Positions 1 to 8,061 of a DNA stretch of 64,000 bases are shown here, in pieces. Each line of letters starts with the position of its first letter. Within the stretch, counting starts at the first letter, position 1. Under the pieces are notes generated by a model. That model was given only the letters and a program-made list of their open reading frames with translations, ran no database searches and was not told the origin of the DNA. The translations under genes were made by a program, and so were the position numbers. The stretch is from Clostridia bacterium (GTDB lineage: Bacteria; Bacillota; Clostridia; Oscillospirales; CAG-272), in contig JAFVXH010000007.1 of assembly GCA_017501225.1 (NCBI GenBank), forward strand, positions 82,501 to 146,500. The letters run 5' to 3'.

Positions 1-361
1 CGCTTTGCGGCACGCCGTATTTGAGTGCCAGCACGTTAAAGACCACCGCCTTGGGGGTTTCCTCTCTCAGCATCTCCTCAAGGAGATAGTAGGAATGCCA
101 GGTCAGCTGCTGCGCGCTTCCGCGGATGTAGGAGGTAATGCCGTATTCCTCCCAGAGCGTGGGAGGCGTAAAGCTTTCGTAGACCTCGCAATCCCCGACG
201 AACAGCACGTCGTGCGGCGTCGTTTCGGCATAATATTCTCCGATCAGATTCCCCTCGCGCGACGCGCTCGCGTATTTGGGAACCACTAACAGCTGCAAAA
301 AGGAAAGCAACAGAGCGCATGCCAGCACGATCCCAATACAGCAAAGTATTTTTTTCTTCAT
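1..361 (-). CDS. SGNH/GDSL-fold membrane-anchored protein, DltD/AlgX-like (first 120 codons; continues beyond window start)
   Basis: Absent from the ORF track because it has no stop in the window. ATG at 361..359 with GAAAGGA upstream, 19 nt after the MBOAT stop. Own translation: MKKKILCCIGIVLACALLLSFLQLLVVPKYASASREGNLIGEYYAETTPHDVLFVGDCEVYESFTPPTLWEEYGITSYIRGSAQQ. This gives an N-terminal TM anchor followed by a GD(S/C)-type block-I-like motif. Confidence 0.55.
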   Translation of the reverse strand, partial: MKKKILCCIGIVLACALLLSFLQLLVVPKYASASREGNLIGEYYAETTPHDVLFVGDCEVYESFTPPTLWEEYGITSYIRGSAQQLTWHSYYLLEEMLREETPKAVVFNVLALKYGVPQS

Positions 362-380
362 CGCTTTCCTTTCTCAGATT

Positions 381-1970
381 TCAGAACTGATTGTAGATAA
401 ACTGCGATGCGTCGTATCCGATGCCGTACGCTCCAAAGAGCAGGATCAGCAGGATCAATCCGCACGCGCAAAGCGTAAACGTCACGGGGCGCGTCGAGAG
501 CCACTCCCTGACGGGGCGTTTCTTGCCCGCAAGGCTGACCGCAAACACGAGCAGGATCGCAAGTCCCAGCATACACCACTCGGCACCCGTCAGTCCCAGC
601 GTCCTCCAGCCACCCGTCAACAGCTGCGGCAAATTCCAATCGGTCAGCATGCTAAACCAAAGGGAGAAGGTCTTGCCGACGTCGCGGTAGCAATCCAGGC
701 TTCGGATCAAACCCATGAGCAAGAAGGTTCTCGCCATCTGGAATACACCGTACGCGCCCGATGCGACAAGGCGCGGGAATTTTGCATGAAAGCGATCGTA
801 CAGCGGCGTCAGCTCCTGCGATACCAAGATCACAAGGCAGTTGAGCAAGCCCCAGACGATGAAATTCCAGCCCGCTCCGTGCCACAGTCCCGTCAAGAAC
901 CACGTGGCAACCGTCGCTACGTAAACGGGCAGACGCTTTCCGATCGCGTTGCCGAGCTTGGCGCGCGAGAATTTGGAGAAGCGCTGCATCGGGGAGCAAA
1001 CCGAGAGCGGATAAAACACGTAATCGGTAAACCACGTGCCCATGGTAATGTGCCAGCGACGCCAATACTCCTTGGTCGATTTGGAGGAAAACGGTCGGTT
1101 GAAGTTCTCCGCCACGCGGATGCCGAGAATTTCGGAAAGACCGATCGTCACGTCGATGCCTCCCGTGAAATCACCGTAGATCTGCGCGGAATAGAGCAGG
1201 ATCAAAAGAAAAACGTATGCTCCCGTGTAGGTGTCGCTCCCCGTCACAAGGGTCTTGACCGCGATCATGGCGGTATCCGCCACGACCAGCTTTTTAAAGA
1301 AGCCCCACAGAACGCGCGCAAGTCCCGAGCGCACGCGGGTAGCGTCCCACGCGTGAGTTGCAAACAGCTGCTCGGAGAGTGCCTCAAATCGGCTGATCGG
1401 TCCTTGAATGAGCTGCGGAAAATATGAAATAAAGAGCGCAAAGCGGAAGAAATTGCGCTCCGCTCTTGCGTTTTTCCGATACACGTCGATCAGATATCCC
1501 ATCGCCTGGAAGGTATAAAAGGAAATTCCGAGCGGCAGCAAAAGATCGGGGATCTCAAAGGGCTCGTTGCCCATTCCCGTCCATGCGGCGCACACGATCC
1601 CCGCGGCAAAGCCCGTATATTTGAGCACGGCAAGCATGCCAAAGCCCGCGACAAGACCGCCAACAAGGATAAAAAACCGCTTTTTCTTTTCCTTGGCGCG
1701 AAAAGCTTTGCGCTCGCTCTTTTCCAGGCGGTCGCGGTTTGCCTCCACAAAGGCGTCCTCCGCGTCGGCACGCGCCTGCATCAGACGCGCGACAACGTAG
1801 CTGACTACGGTGGCGTAAAGCAAAAACGCAAGATACTCCACGCCCGCGAACAGGTAAAAGACGTAGCTTGCGACAAGCAGCACCCACCACTGCCCACGCC
1901 GAGGCACGGTGAAATACAGCAGCACCGTAAGGGCGGCAAACAGCAAAAAAGAAGCTGATGTAAACGTCAT
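381..1970 (-). CDS. MBOAT family O-acyltransferase (DltB/AlgI-like)
   Basis: 529-aa multi-pass membrane ORF. MBOAT signatures WRRWHITMGTWFTDYVFYPL and FLTGLWHGAGWNFIVWG (conserved His region). Confidence 0.9.
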   Translation of the reverse strand: MTFTSASFLLFAALTVLLYFTVPRRGQWWVLLVASYVFYLFAGVEYLAFLLYATVVSYVVARLMQARADAEDAFVEANRDRLEKSERKAFRAKEKKKRFFILVGGLVAGFGMLAVLKYTGFAAGIVCAAWTGMGNEPFEIPDLLLPLGISFYTFQAMGYLIDVYRKNARAERNFFRFALFISYFPQLIQGPISRFEALSEQLFATHAWDATRVRSGLARVLWGFFKKLVVADTAMIAVKTLVTGSDTYTGAYVFLLILLYSAQIYGDFTGGIDVTIGLSEILGIRVAENFNRPFSSKSTKEYWRRWHITMGTWFTDYVFYPLSVCSPMQRFSKFSRAKLGNAIGKRLPVYVATVATWFLTGLWHGAGWNFIVWGLLNCLVILVSQELTPLYDRFHAKFPRLVASGAYGVFQMARTFLLMGLIRSLDCYRDVGKTFSLWFSMLTDWNLPQLLTGGWRTLGLTGAEWCMLGLAILLVFAVSLAGKKRPVREWLSTRPVTFTLCACGLILLILLFGAYGIGYDASQFIYNQF

Positions 1971-1979
1971 AAGAGCCGA

Positions 1980-2207
1980 TTATTCCTCATCCAGGCGAAG
2001 GATGAGCGCATAGATCGCCTCGGCGCTCGCAAAATTCTCGGGAATGATCTCCTCAGGGGGGATGCTGACGTCAAACGTGCTGTTGATCTCGGTGATCAGC
2101 GTGACGATATCCAAGGAATCCAGGATCCCGTCCCCAATCAGATCAGTCGCGGCGGAAAAGTCCACCTCGGGGTGCAGATCCTTTAAAATCTCGATCAGAC
2201 GTTCCAT
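1980..2207 (-). CDS. D-alanyl-carrier-protein-like small acyl carrier protein (DltC-like)
   Basis: 75 aa. GILDSLDIVTLITEINSTFDVSIPPEEI resembles the DltC core with the phosphopantetheinyl Ser in DSL. Its stop lies 9 nt upstream of the MBOAT start. Confidence 0.8.
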   Translation of the reverse strand: MERLIEILKDLHPEVDFSAATDLIGDGILDSLDIVTLITEINSTFDVSIPPEEIIPENFASAEAIYALILRLDEE

Positions 2208-2255
2208 GTTCTACCTCCGGCTCCGGGCGATGCCCGGATTCATTGTTCAGCTTTT

Positions 2256-2285
2256 ATTATAGCATTTTTTGCGATGCTCTGTCAA
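2256..2285 (-). promoter_or_regulatory. sigmaA-type promoter of the carrier-MBOAT-SGNH operon
   Basis: Minus strand reads TTGACA (2285..2280), an 18-nt spacer, then TGcTATAAT (-10 at 2261..2256), about 50 nt upstream of the carrier ATG. Confidence 0.6.
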
Positions 2286-2309
2286 TGCGTTTTTGCAAGA
2301 TTTCCCGTA

Positions 2310-2360
2310 AAAAGCAGAGAAAAGCCGCCTTTCGTCAAAAAGCTGTGACGAAAGGCGGCT
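2310..2360 (-). terminator. rho-independent terminator of thrS
   Basis: Minus strand: AGCCGCCTTTCGTCA-loop-TGACGAAAGGCGGCT (2360..2323), then TTTCTCTGCTTTTT, 19 nt after the thrS stop. Confidence 0.8.
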
Positions 2361-2378
2361 GTGGAATATCAAACGGAC

Positions 2379-4307
2379 TCAGCGGCGCTTCTCGGCGATC
2401 TCCAGAAGAGCGTCGGCAAGGAACTGATCCACGGTCTTGGTCACCGTTTCCGCTGCGCGGTTACGGACGGCAACACTGCCGCTCTCCATCTCCTTGGCAC
2501 CGATGACAAGCATATAGGGCACCTTCTGCATCTGCGTTGCGCGGATCTTGTAGCCGATGGTGTTGGAGGAATCATCCAGCTCTGCGCGCAGTCCTGCGGC
2601 GCAAAGACGCTCGCGCACCGATTTTGCATACTCAATGTGCTCGTCGCCGATGGGAAGGATGCGTACCTGCTCGGGGGCAAGCCAGAGCGGGAACGCGCCT
2701 GCGTACTTCTCGATCAGAAGCGCGAGCGTTCTCTCGTAGCAGCCCATGGAGGTACGGTGAATGATATAGGGCGTGACCATCTGGTTGTTGGAATCGACGT
2801 ACTCCATACCGAATTTCTTGGCAAGCAGCATGTCGATCTGAATGGTAATAAGGGTATCCTCCTTACCGAATACGTTCTTGATCTGGATATCCAGCTTCGG
2901 ACCGTAGAAGGCAGCCTCGTCAATACCGACGGTGTAGTTGATGTTGTTCTCATCCAGCAGCTGCTTCATGATGCTCTGCGCCTCCTCCCATTGCTCGGGA
3001 GTGCCCTCGTACTTGTCGGTACGGGCAGGATCCCACTGGGAGAAGCGGAAGGAGCAGTCGTCCTTCAGTCCCAGCGTATCCATCATGTAGACCGCAAGGT
3101 CCAGGCAGCCCTTGAACTCCTCGGCAAGCTGGTCGGGACGGAGAATGAGATGTCCCTCGGAAATGGTGAACTGGCGTACGCGGATCAGACCGTGCATCTC
3201 GCCCGATTCCTCGTTGCGGAAGAGCGTGGAGGTTTCGCCAAGACGCATGGGCAGGTCACGGTAGGAGCGCTTTTTGTTCAGGAATACCTGATATTGGAAG
3301 GGGCAGGTCATGGGACGGAGCGCAAAGCATTCCTTGGTTTCATCGTCGGGATCTCCCATGATGAACATACCGTCGCGGTAGTGATCCCAGTGTCCCGAGA
3401 TCTTGTAAAGATCTCTCTTTGCCATCAGAGGTGTTTTGGTGAGCAGATAGCCGCGCTTTTGCTCCTCGTCCTCTACCCATCTCTGCAGCGTCTGAATGAT
3501 GCGCGCACCCTTGGGAAGCAGAATGGGAAGTCCCTGACCGATCACGTCCACGGTGTTGAAAAGCTCCAGCTCGCGTCCGAGCTTATTGTGGTCGCGCTTG
3601 AGCGCCTCCTCCTGCTGAGCAAGGTATGCGTTCAGCTCGTCCTTGGAGGGGAATGCGATTCCGTAAATTCTTTGCAGCATCTTATTCTTCTGGTCGCCCT
3701 TCCAGTAAGCGCCCGTGCACTGCGTCAGCTTGAACGCCTTGATCGCACCCGTGGTGAACAGGTGAGGTCCTGCGCACAGATCCACGAACTCACCCTGGCG
3801 GTAGAAGCTGATGACGGCACCCTCGGGAAGCTCCTCGATGAGCTGAACCTTGTAGGGCTCCTCTCTCTCGGTCATCAGCGCGATCGCCTCTGCACGGGGA
3901 AGCTCGAATCTCTCGATCTTGAGGTTCTCCTTGACGATCTTCTTCATCTCTGCCTCGAGCGCCTTGAGTGCGTCGGCACCGAAGGGGATCTCGGAATCAA
4001 AGTCGTAATAATAGCCGTTGTCGATCGCGGGACCGATGGTCAGCTTGGTTGCGGGATACAGTCTTTTTACCGCCTGCGCCAACACGTGTGCCGCAGTGTG
4101 GCGGAAGAGCTTTTTGCCCGCCGCGTCCTCGAAGGTCAGGAGCTTGACCTGATCGCCCTCCTTCAGCTCCTCGGTCAGTGCCACGGTCTTGCCGTCGATC
4201 TCGGCACCGATCACGGCGCGGCTGATCAGCTCGGCTTCCTTTGCCGCTTCATACACGGTAATGGGCGCTTGCACGTCCAGCGTTTTGTCTTGCATTTGAA
4301 TTTTCAT
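2379..4307 (-). CDS. thrS: threonine--tRNA ligase
   Basis: ORF 2379..4439. I place the start at ATG 4307 (MKIQMQDKTLDV), with AGGAG 8 nt upstream. The residues upstream in the track ORF run through the T-box terminator. TGS, editing and class II core regions are recognisable (HRTSMGCYERTLALLIE, FKLTQCTGAYWKGD). Confidence 0.95.
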   Translation of the reverse strand: MKIQMQDKTLDVQAPITVYEAAKEAELISRAVIGAEIDGKTVALTEELKEGDQVKLLTFEDAAGKKLFRHTAAHVLAQAVKRLYPATKLTIGPAIDNGYYYDFDSEIPFGADALKALEAEMKKIVKENLKIERFELPRAEAIALMTEREEPYKVQLIEELPEGAVISFYRQGEFVDLCAGPHLFTTGAIKAFKLTQCTGAYWKGDQKNKMLQRIYGIAFPSKDELNAYLAQQEEALKRDHNKLGRELELFNTVDVIGQGLPILLPKGARIIQTLQRWVEDEEQKRGYLLTKTPLMAKRDLYKISGHWDHYRDGMFIMGDPDDETKECFALRPMTCPFQYQVFLNKKRSYRDLPMRLGETSTLFRNEESGEMHGLIRVRQFTISEGHLILRPDQLAEEFKGCLDLAVYMMDTLGLKDDCSFRFSQWDPARTDKYEGTPEQWEEAQSIMKQLLDENNINYTVGIDEAAFYGPKLDIQIKNVFGKEDTLITIQIDMLLAKKFGMEYVDSNNQMVTPYIIHRTSMGCYERTLALLIEKYAGAFPLWLAPEQVRILPIGDEHIEYAKSVRERLCAAGLRAELDDSSNTIGYKIRATQMQKVPYMLVIGAKEMESGSVAVRNRAAETVTKTVDQFLADALLEIAEKRR

Positions 4308-4324
4308 CGTCATATCTCCTCTTT

Positions 4325-4545
4325 CTTGGAAAATAATACTGTTTTTTTGGATGTAGAATATAAAAAACCACACCCCAAAGCAACTGCTTGCCTGTTCGGG
4401 GTGTGGATAATTCCGCACGGTTCCACCCGTTCGTTTCACTCATTTTTATTCAACTGACAAGCAAAGTGGTACCTCGAATCCCTCTTGCCGAGAACCTTTC
4501 AGCGCAGGATGCGGTTCTCTCTCTGTTGGGCAGAATGAATGGGAA
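4325..4545 (-). promoter_or_regulatory. T-box leader (Thr specifier) with terminator/antiterminator
   Basis: Minus strand shows an AGAGAGAACCGC...GCTGAAAGGTTCTC stem I. The candidate specifier is ACC (4470..4468) followed by A. The T-box sequence is AACGGGTGGAACCGTGCGG (core 4428..4413). The terminator is CCACACCCC-N21-GGGGTGTGG (4406..4368) plus TTTTTTAT. Confidence 0.85.
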
Positions 4546-4586
4546 GCGTGTCTTTGCCGACCGAAGCTTCGGATTTTTTCGGAACG

Positions 4587-5030
4587 TCAGAACGTCTGGT
4601 GCTCTGCTCTCTTTTTCTGGTTATAGGCAGAACGGGGATTGACTACCTCGCGCCATGCAAGGTCGCCGCGATCCAGCGCCGTGACAATGACCTCGGCGGT
4701 CGCGATGTTGGTGGCAACGGGGACGTTGTAGGCGTCGCAAAGGCGAAGCACCTCTGCCTCCTCCTCGTCCGCAAGGCTTTCGGGACGGGTATCTCTGAAA
4801 TAGAGCAGGACGTCGATTTCGTTGCAGGCGATGCGGGAAGCAATCTGCTGAATACCGCCCTGCGCACCCGAGAGCACTCTCTCGATCTCAAGGCCCGTCG
4901 CCTCGGAAATGTACTTTGCGGTGATGCTGGTGCCGTACAGATTGTGCTTACTTAAAATACCGCAGTATGCGATACAAAATTGTGTCATCAACTCTTTTTT
5001 TAAGTCATGCGCAATGATTGCAATTTCCAT
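4587..5030 (-). CDS. mgsA: methylglyoxal synthase
   Basis: MEIAIIAHDLKKELMTQFCIAYCGILSKHNLYGTSITAKYISEATGLEIERVLSGAQGGIQQIAS is MGS-like. Start taken at ATG 5030 (AAGAAAGGGAAC upstream) rather than the track start 5099. Confidence 0.9.
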   Translation of the reverse strand: MEIAIIAHDLKKELMTQFCIAYCGILSKHNLYGTSITAKYISEATGLEIERVLSGAQGGIQQIASRIACNEIDVLLYFRDTRPESLADEEEAEVLRLCDAYNVPVATNIATAEVIVTALDRGDLAWREVVNPRSAYNQKKRAEHQTF

Positions 5031-5118
5031 TGATCGTTCCCTTTCTTGTAATGGGGCGGCGGCACACGGACTCCGCCGACGGAGTAGATTTGGGGTCATC
5101 CCCTTACGAAATTAATTC

Positions 5119-5148
5119 ATTATAGCACATGCCCCATCAAATTGTCAA
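5119..5148 (-). promoter_or_regulatory. sigmaA-type promoter upstream of mgsA
   Basis: Minus strand reads TTGACA (5148..5143), an 18-nt spacer, then TGcTATAAT (-10 at 5124..5119). Confidence 0.6.
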
Positions 5149-5186
5149 GGGTGCTCCGCTATTTTTTCAAATTTCCGCAAACTTTT

Positions 5187-5723
5187 TTATTCGTACTTCG
5201 CGCGGCTGCCGCCGATGAATTTCGGTCTGGTTCTTGCCGCAAGCAGGGGCGCTTCACCGATCCTTTTGGTCGCAAGGCGCACGGGAACCGCGACGTCCCG
5301 CAGATTCATGCCGATCAGGGTGCCGCCGATATCAAGTCCCGCATGGGCTCTTACGTGCTCTACGGCAACGGGATCGTCGAACGCGCCCCACGCCGCCGTC
5401 GCAAAGGAGCCGCCCGCCTTGATCTGCGGGATCACGGCAACCTCCTCAAGTCCGTATTTCTCGGCGCATGCGCGCTCGATGATCAGCGCGCGGTTGAGAT
5501 GCTCACAGCACTGCGCCGCCAGAAAGATGCCTTTTTCCTTCAGCATCGGAAGGATCTCCTCCAGAACGGCTACCGCCGTTTCGGGGCTGGAGCCGTGTCC
5601 GATATGCTCGCCTAAGATTTCCGAGGAGGAGCAACCGATCAAAAGGATCTGTCCCGCCTTGATCTGCGATACCTCCAGCAATTCCTTCACGGCGCTCCTC
5701 GCCGCTGCTCTGATAGCTTCCAT
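5187..5723 (-). CDS. TIGR01440/UPF0340 (YwlG-like) family protein
   Basis: 178 aa. LLIGCSSSEILGEHIG, FLAAQCCEHLNRALIIER, AGGSFATAAW and DIGGTLIGMNL match the conserved YwlG-family blocks. GAGAGGAG RBS present. Confidence 0.85.
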   Translation of the reverse strand: MEAIRAAARSAVKELLEVSQIKAGQILLIGCSSSEILGEHIGHGSSPETAVAVLEEILPMLKEKGIFLAAQCCEHLNRALIIERACAEKYGLEEVAVIPQIKAGGSFATAAWGAFDDPVAVEHVRAHAGLDIGGTLIGMNLRDVAVPVRLATKRIGEAPLLAARTRPKFIGGSRAKYE

Positions 5724-5740
5724 GTTCAGATTCTCCTCTC

Positions 5741-6868
5741 TCAGATACGGTCGCTTCCGTCCTGCGGAATGACGCGGTTGACCGCCTCAATGGCACACTC
5801 GATCATATCGTCGGTGGGCTCAAATACGGTAATATGCTGCAGCCACATGCCGGGCAGCGAGATGATGCGGGTGACAACGTTATCGTGACGTCCCGCAAGA
5901 CGGATCAGCTCGTACCCGATTCCCATAACCAAGGGAAAGAGTGCTAAGCGCAGCACGGTGCGCAACACGGGAGGCAACACCAGCCCGTCAAAGAGCAGCA
6001 TGGTAACGGGGTCGATAAAGAACGAGATAAAAATGCTGACCAGCAGCATCAGGATCAAGAACGAGGTACCGCATCTGGGATGGAAGCGCCGCTGCGTCCG
6101 TACGTTCTCCACCGTAAGCGGAAGTCCCGCCTCGTAGCAGAAGATAGTCTTGTGCTCGGCGCCGTGGTACATAAAGGTGCGTCTGATGTCCTTCATCAGG
6201 GAGATCGCTCCCATATAAGCGACCAGCAACACGATCTTGAAGACGCCCTCAAAAACCGACTTCCAAAGGGACGCCAGCACGGGATTGGAGCCCTTGAGCG
6301 CGGGAATCCATCCCGCCAGAAGCTCGTACAGCTTTGTGGGCGCGTAGAAAAAGAGTCCCAACGAGATCGCCACGGCGATCACGACCGATACCGCCATCAG
6401 AAGCGTCATCACCCATGCGGGGAGCTTTTTCTCCTCCTCGCCCTCGGCTTTTGCATCCGCGTCCTGCGTTTCCTCGGTAGCGGCGGGTGCGTCCTCGGTT
6501 GCCTCCGCAGGATTCTCCTGCGCGTCGGCTTCCTTCTTTTTCTTCGGCTTTTCCTCGACCATATCCTCAAGGCCCGCGATCTCCGCGGAGCGCATCAGGG
6601 ATTTGTATCCAAGCGTCATCGAGTCGACGAACCCGAACACGCCGCGAATGACGGGAAGCGTCCAGATCTTGGCACGCTTTTTGCCTGAGGTCGCGACCTC
6701 CTCGATCACGATCTCCCCCTGCGGATTGCGCACCGCCATATAGGTCTTTTGCGGTCCGCGCATCATAATTCCTTCCATCAGTGCCTGCCCCCCGATGGAG
6801 GTCTTAATGGCACAGGAATTTCTCGGTTGCTTTTCTTTCAAAATATCTCTCATCCTTTCGGCATACAT
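5741..6868 (-). CDS. DUF1385 (YqhQ-like) membrane protein
   Basis: The SIGGQALMEGIMMRG hallmark lies near the N-terminus, and the C-terminal half is multi-pass TM. It contains an acidic low-complexity insert (KKKKEADAQENPAEATEDAPAATEETQDADAKAEGEEEKK). The start codon is uncertain because the RBS is weak. Confidence 0.75.
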   Translation of the reverse strand: MYAERMRDILKEKQPRNSCAIKTSIGGQALMEGIMMRGPQKTYMAVRNPQGEIVIEEVATSGKKRAKIWTLPVIRGVFGFVDSMTLGYKSLMRSAEIAGLEDMVEEKPKKKKEADAQENPAEATEDAPAATEETQDADAKAEGEEEKKLPAWVMTLLMAVSVVIAVAISLGLFFYAPTKLYELLAGWIPALKGSNPVLASLWKSVFEGVFKIVLLVAYMGAISLMKDIRRTFMYHGAEHKTIFCYEAGLPLTVENVRTQRRFHPRCGTSFLILMLLVSIFISFFIDPVTMLLFDGLVLPPVLRTVLRLALFPLVMGIGYELIRLAGRHDNVVTRIISLPGMWLQHITVFEPTDDMIECAIEAVNRVIPQDGSDRI

Positions 6869-6924
6869 TCTGACTCAAACAGTATAGCAGGCGTGTGTGA
6901 ACAGCGTATGAACCACACGAAAAA

Positions 6925-7821
6925 TCATGATGTTCTTACAAATTTCGGACGTGGCGTGCATACGAATGCCGCAGCACCCATTGCCCGAAGCGCATCAACG
7001 GCACGTATCGCGTCCTCCTGCGTGGAAAACACACCGAACACCGAGGGGCCGCTTCCGCTCATCATGGCTTTTTTTGCACCGCAACCGCACATCGTCCGCT
7101 TGATGGGATCGACGCAGGGCTGCTCCAAGGGAACGACCTCCTCAAAGCGGTTGTAGAAATCCTCCAATGCCTCGGAAATACTTCCCTGCCGCAATGCGGC
7201 ACACAAACGGTCGACGCGCGGATCCTTCGGCGTCGGTGTTGCAAAAAAACCGTGGAGCGCATCCAATTTTCCGTATGCCGCAGGCGTGGACACTCCCTCG
7301 CCCATGCAGGCTACGACCATAGGAACTGCCGGCATGGAGGGCATCTCCTCCAGGCACTCTCCAATTCCCGTGACCAACGCGCATCCACCGACGGTGCAGA
7401 ACGGCACGTCCGCCCCGAGGCGTTCTCCGATCGCGCAAAGCTCCCCGACCGAAAGCGGAGAGCCGCAAAGCGCATTCAAGCCGCGCAGCACCGCCGCCGC
7501 GTCCGCACTTCCGCCGGCAAGCCCCGCCGCCATGGGGATATGCTTTTCAATGGAGATAAAGACCTCTCCCCTGCGCCCCGATGCCTCCAGAAACCGCTCG
7601 GCGGCACGCCACGCAAGGTTGCGGCAATCGGTGGGCATATCGGCGTTTCCGGACGCCTCCAAGCGGATGGAGGTATGGCTTCCGGGATGGAAATCCAGCG
7701 TCACGAGATCGCATAGCGACACCGTTTGCATCAGGCTCACCAAATTGTGATAGCCGTTTTCCCGTCGCGAAACGACGTCCAGGTACAGATTGATCTTTGC
7801 GTTCGCGCGCTCACATCTCAT
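6925..7821 (-). CDS. ispE: 4-(cytidine 5'-diphospho)-2-C-methyl-D-erythritol kinase
   Basis: MRCERANAKINLYLDVVSRRENGYHNL, and the GHMP kinase motif PMAAGLAGGSADAAA. Start at ATG 7821 (GGAGGAG upstream), not the track start 7851. Confidence 0.9.
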   Translation of the reverse strand: MRCERANAKINLYLDVVSRRENGYHNLVSLMQTVSLCDLVTLDFHPGSHTSIRLEASGNADMPTDCRNLAWRAAERFLEASGRRGEVFISIEKHIPMAAGLAGGSADAAAVLRGLNALCGSPLSVGELCAIGERLGADVPFCTVGGCALVTGIGECLEEMPSMPAVPMVVACMGEGVSTPAAYGKLDALHGFFATPTPKDPRVDRLCAALRQGSISEALEDFYNRFEEVVPLEQPCVDPIKRTMCGCGAKKAMMSGSGPSVFGVFSTQEDAIRAVDALRAMGAAAFVCTPRPKFVRTS

Positions 7822-8061
7822 CGTTGCTCCTCCATTCCCGCGAGCTGACAAAAAACGTCAAGCCCACCTGCTTTCCCACATTATTTTAGCACACTTTCCT
7901 CCGCTTTGCAAGAAATATTCGCAAAGAAATGAAAAATACGCGGAAATCTATTGACGAACGCGAAAAAAAAGTATAAAATAATATAAAATAGCATGCTTTA
8001 ATATAATGGCGTAACTATGTCCGTTTTCGAAGCAGCCGAGAGAAACAGAGAGGACGAAACC

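Noticed and set aside
276-1427. 383-aa plus-strand ORF. Also 8659..9759 (-), 42577..43665 (+), 50573..51604 (+), 58547..59284 (-), 61263..62060 (+), 28189..29226 (+), 14254..14937 (-), 52691..53482 (-), 53247..53891 (-), 37142..38005 (+), 35219..36052 (+), 39293..39988 (+), 43578..44351 (+), 44155..45000 (+), 41117..41806 (+), 48932..49885 (+), 55411..56067 (+), 55862..56674 (+), 30154..31101 (+), 33824..34483 (+), 23095..23718 (-), 23962..24678 (-), 47691..48392 (-) and 48418..49050 (-)
   Set aside because: Each overlaps a strongly supported gene on the opposite strand and shows Arg/Gly/Ala/Pro- or Leu/Val/Asp-biased composition without recognisable motifs. I treat them as shadow ORFs of a GC-rich genome.
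2361-4457. 698-aa plus-strand ORF
   Set aside because: It lies entirely antisense to the clearly recognisable thrS. The sequence is low-complexity and Leu/Gly/Val/Asp-rich, typical of GC-rich antisense frames, and there is no RBS.
4463-4480. Plus-strand AAAGTGGTACCTCG, which looks like a T-box core
   Set aside because: It is the complement of the specifier-loop region of the minus-strand Thr T-box. No plus-strand gene follows, and the true T-box core plus terminator are at 4428..4361 on the minus strand.
4561-4582. Palindrome CCGAAGCTTCGG followed by ATTTTTTCGG, a possible terminator
   Set aside because: The usable stem is only about 4 bp. The T-run is on the plus strand, where there is no upstream gene. 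On the minus strand, after mgsA, the U-tract is on the wrong side. I do not call it a terminator.
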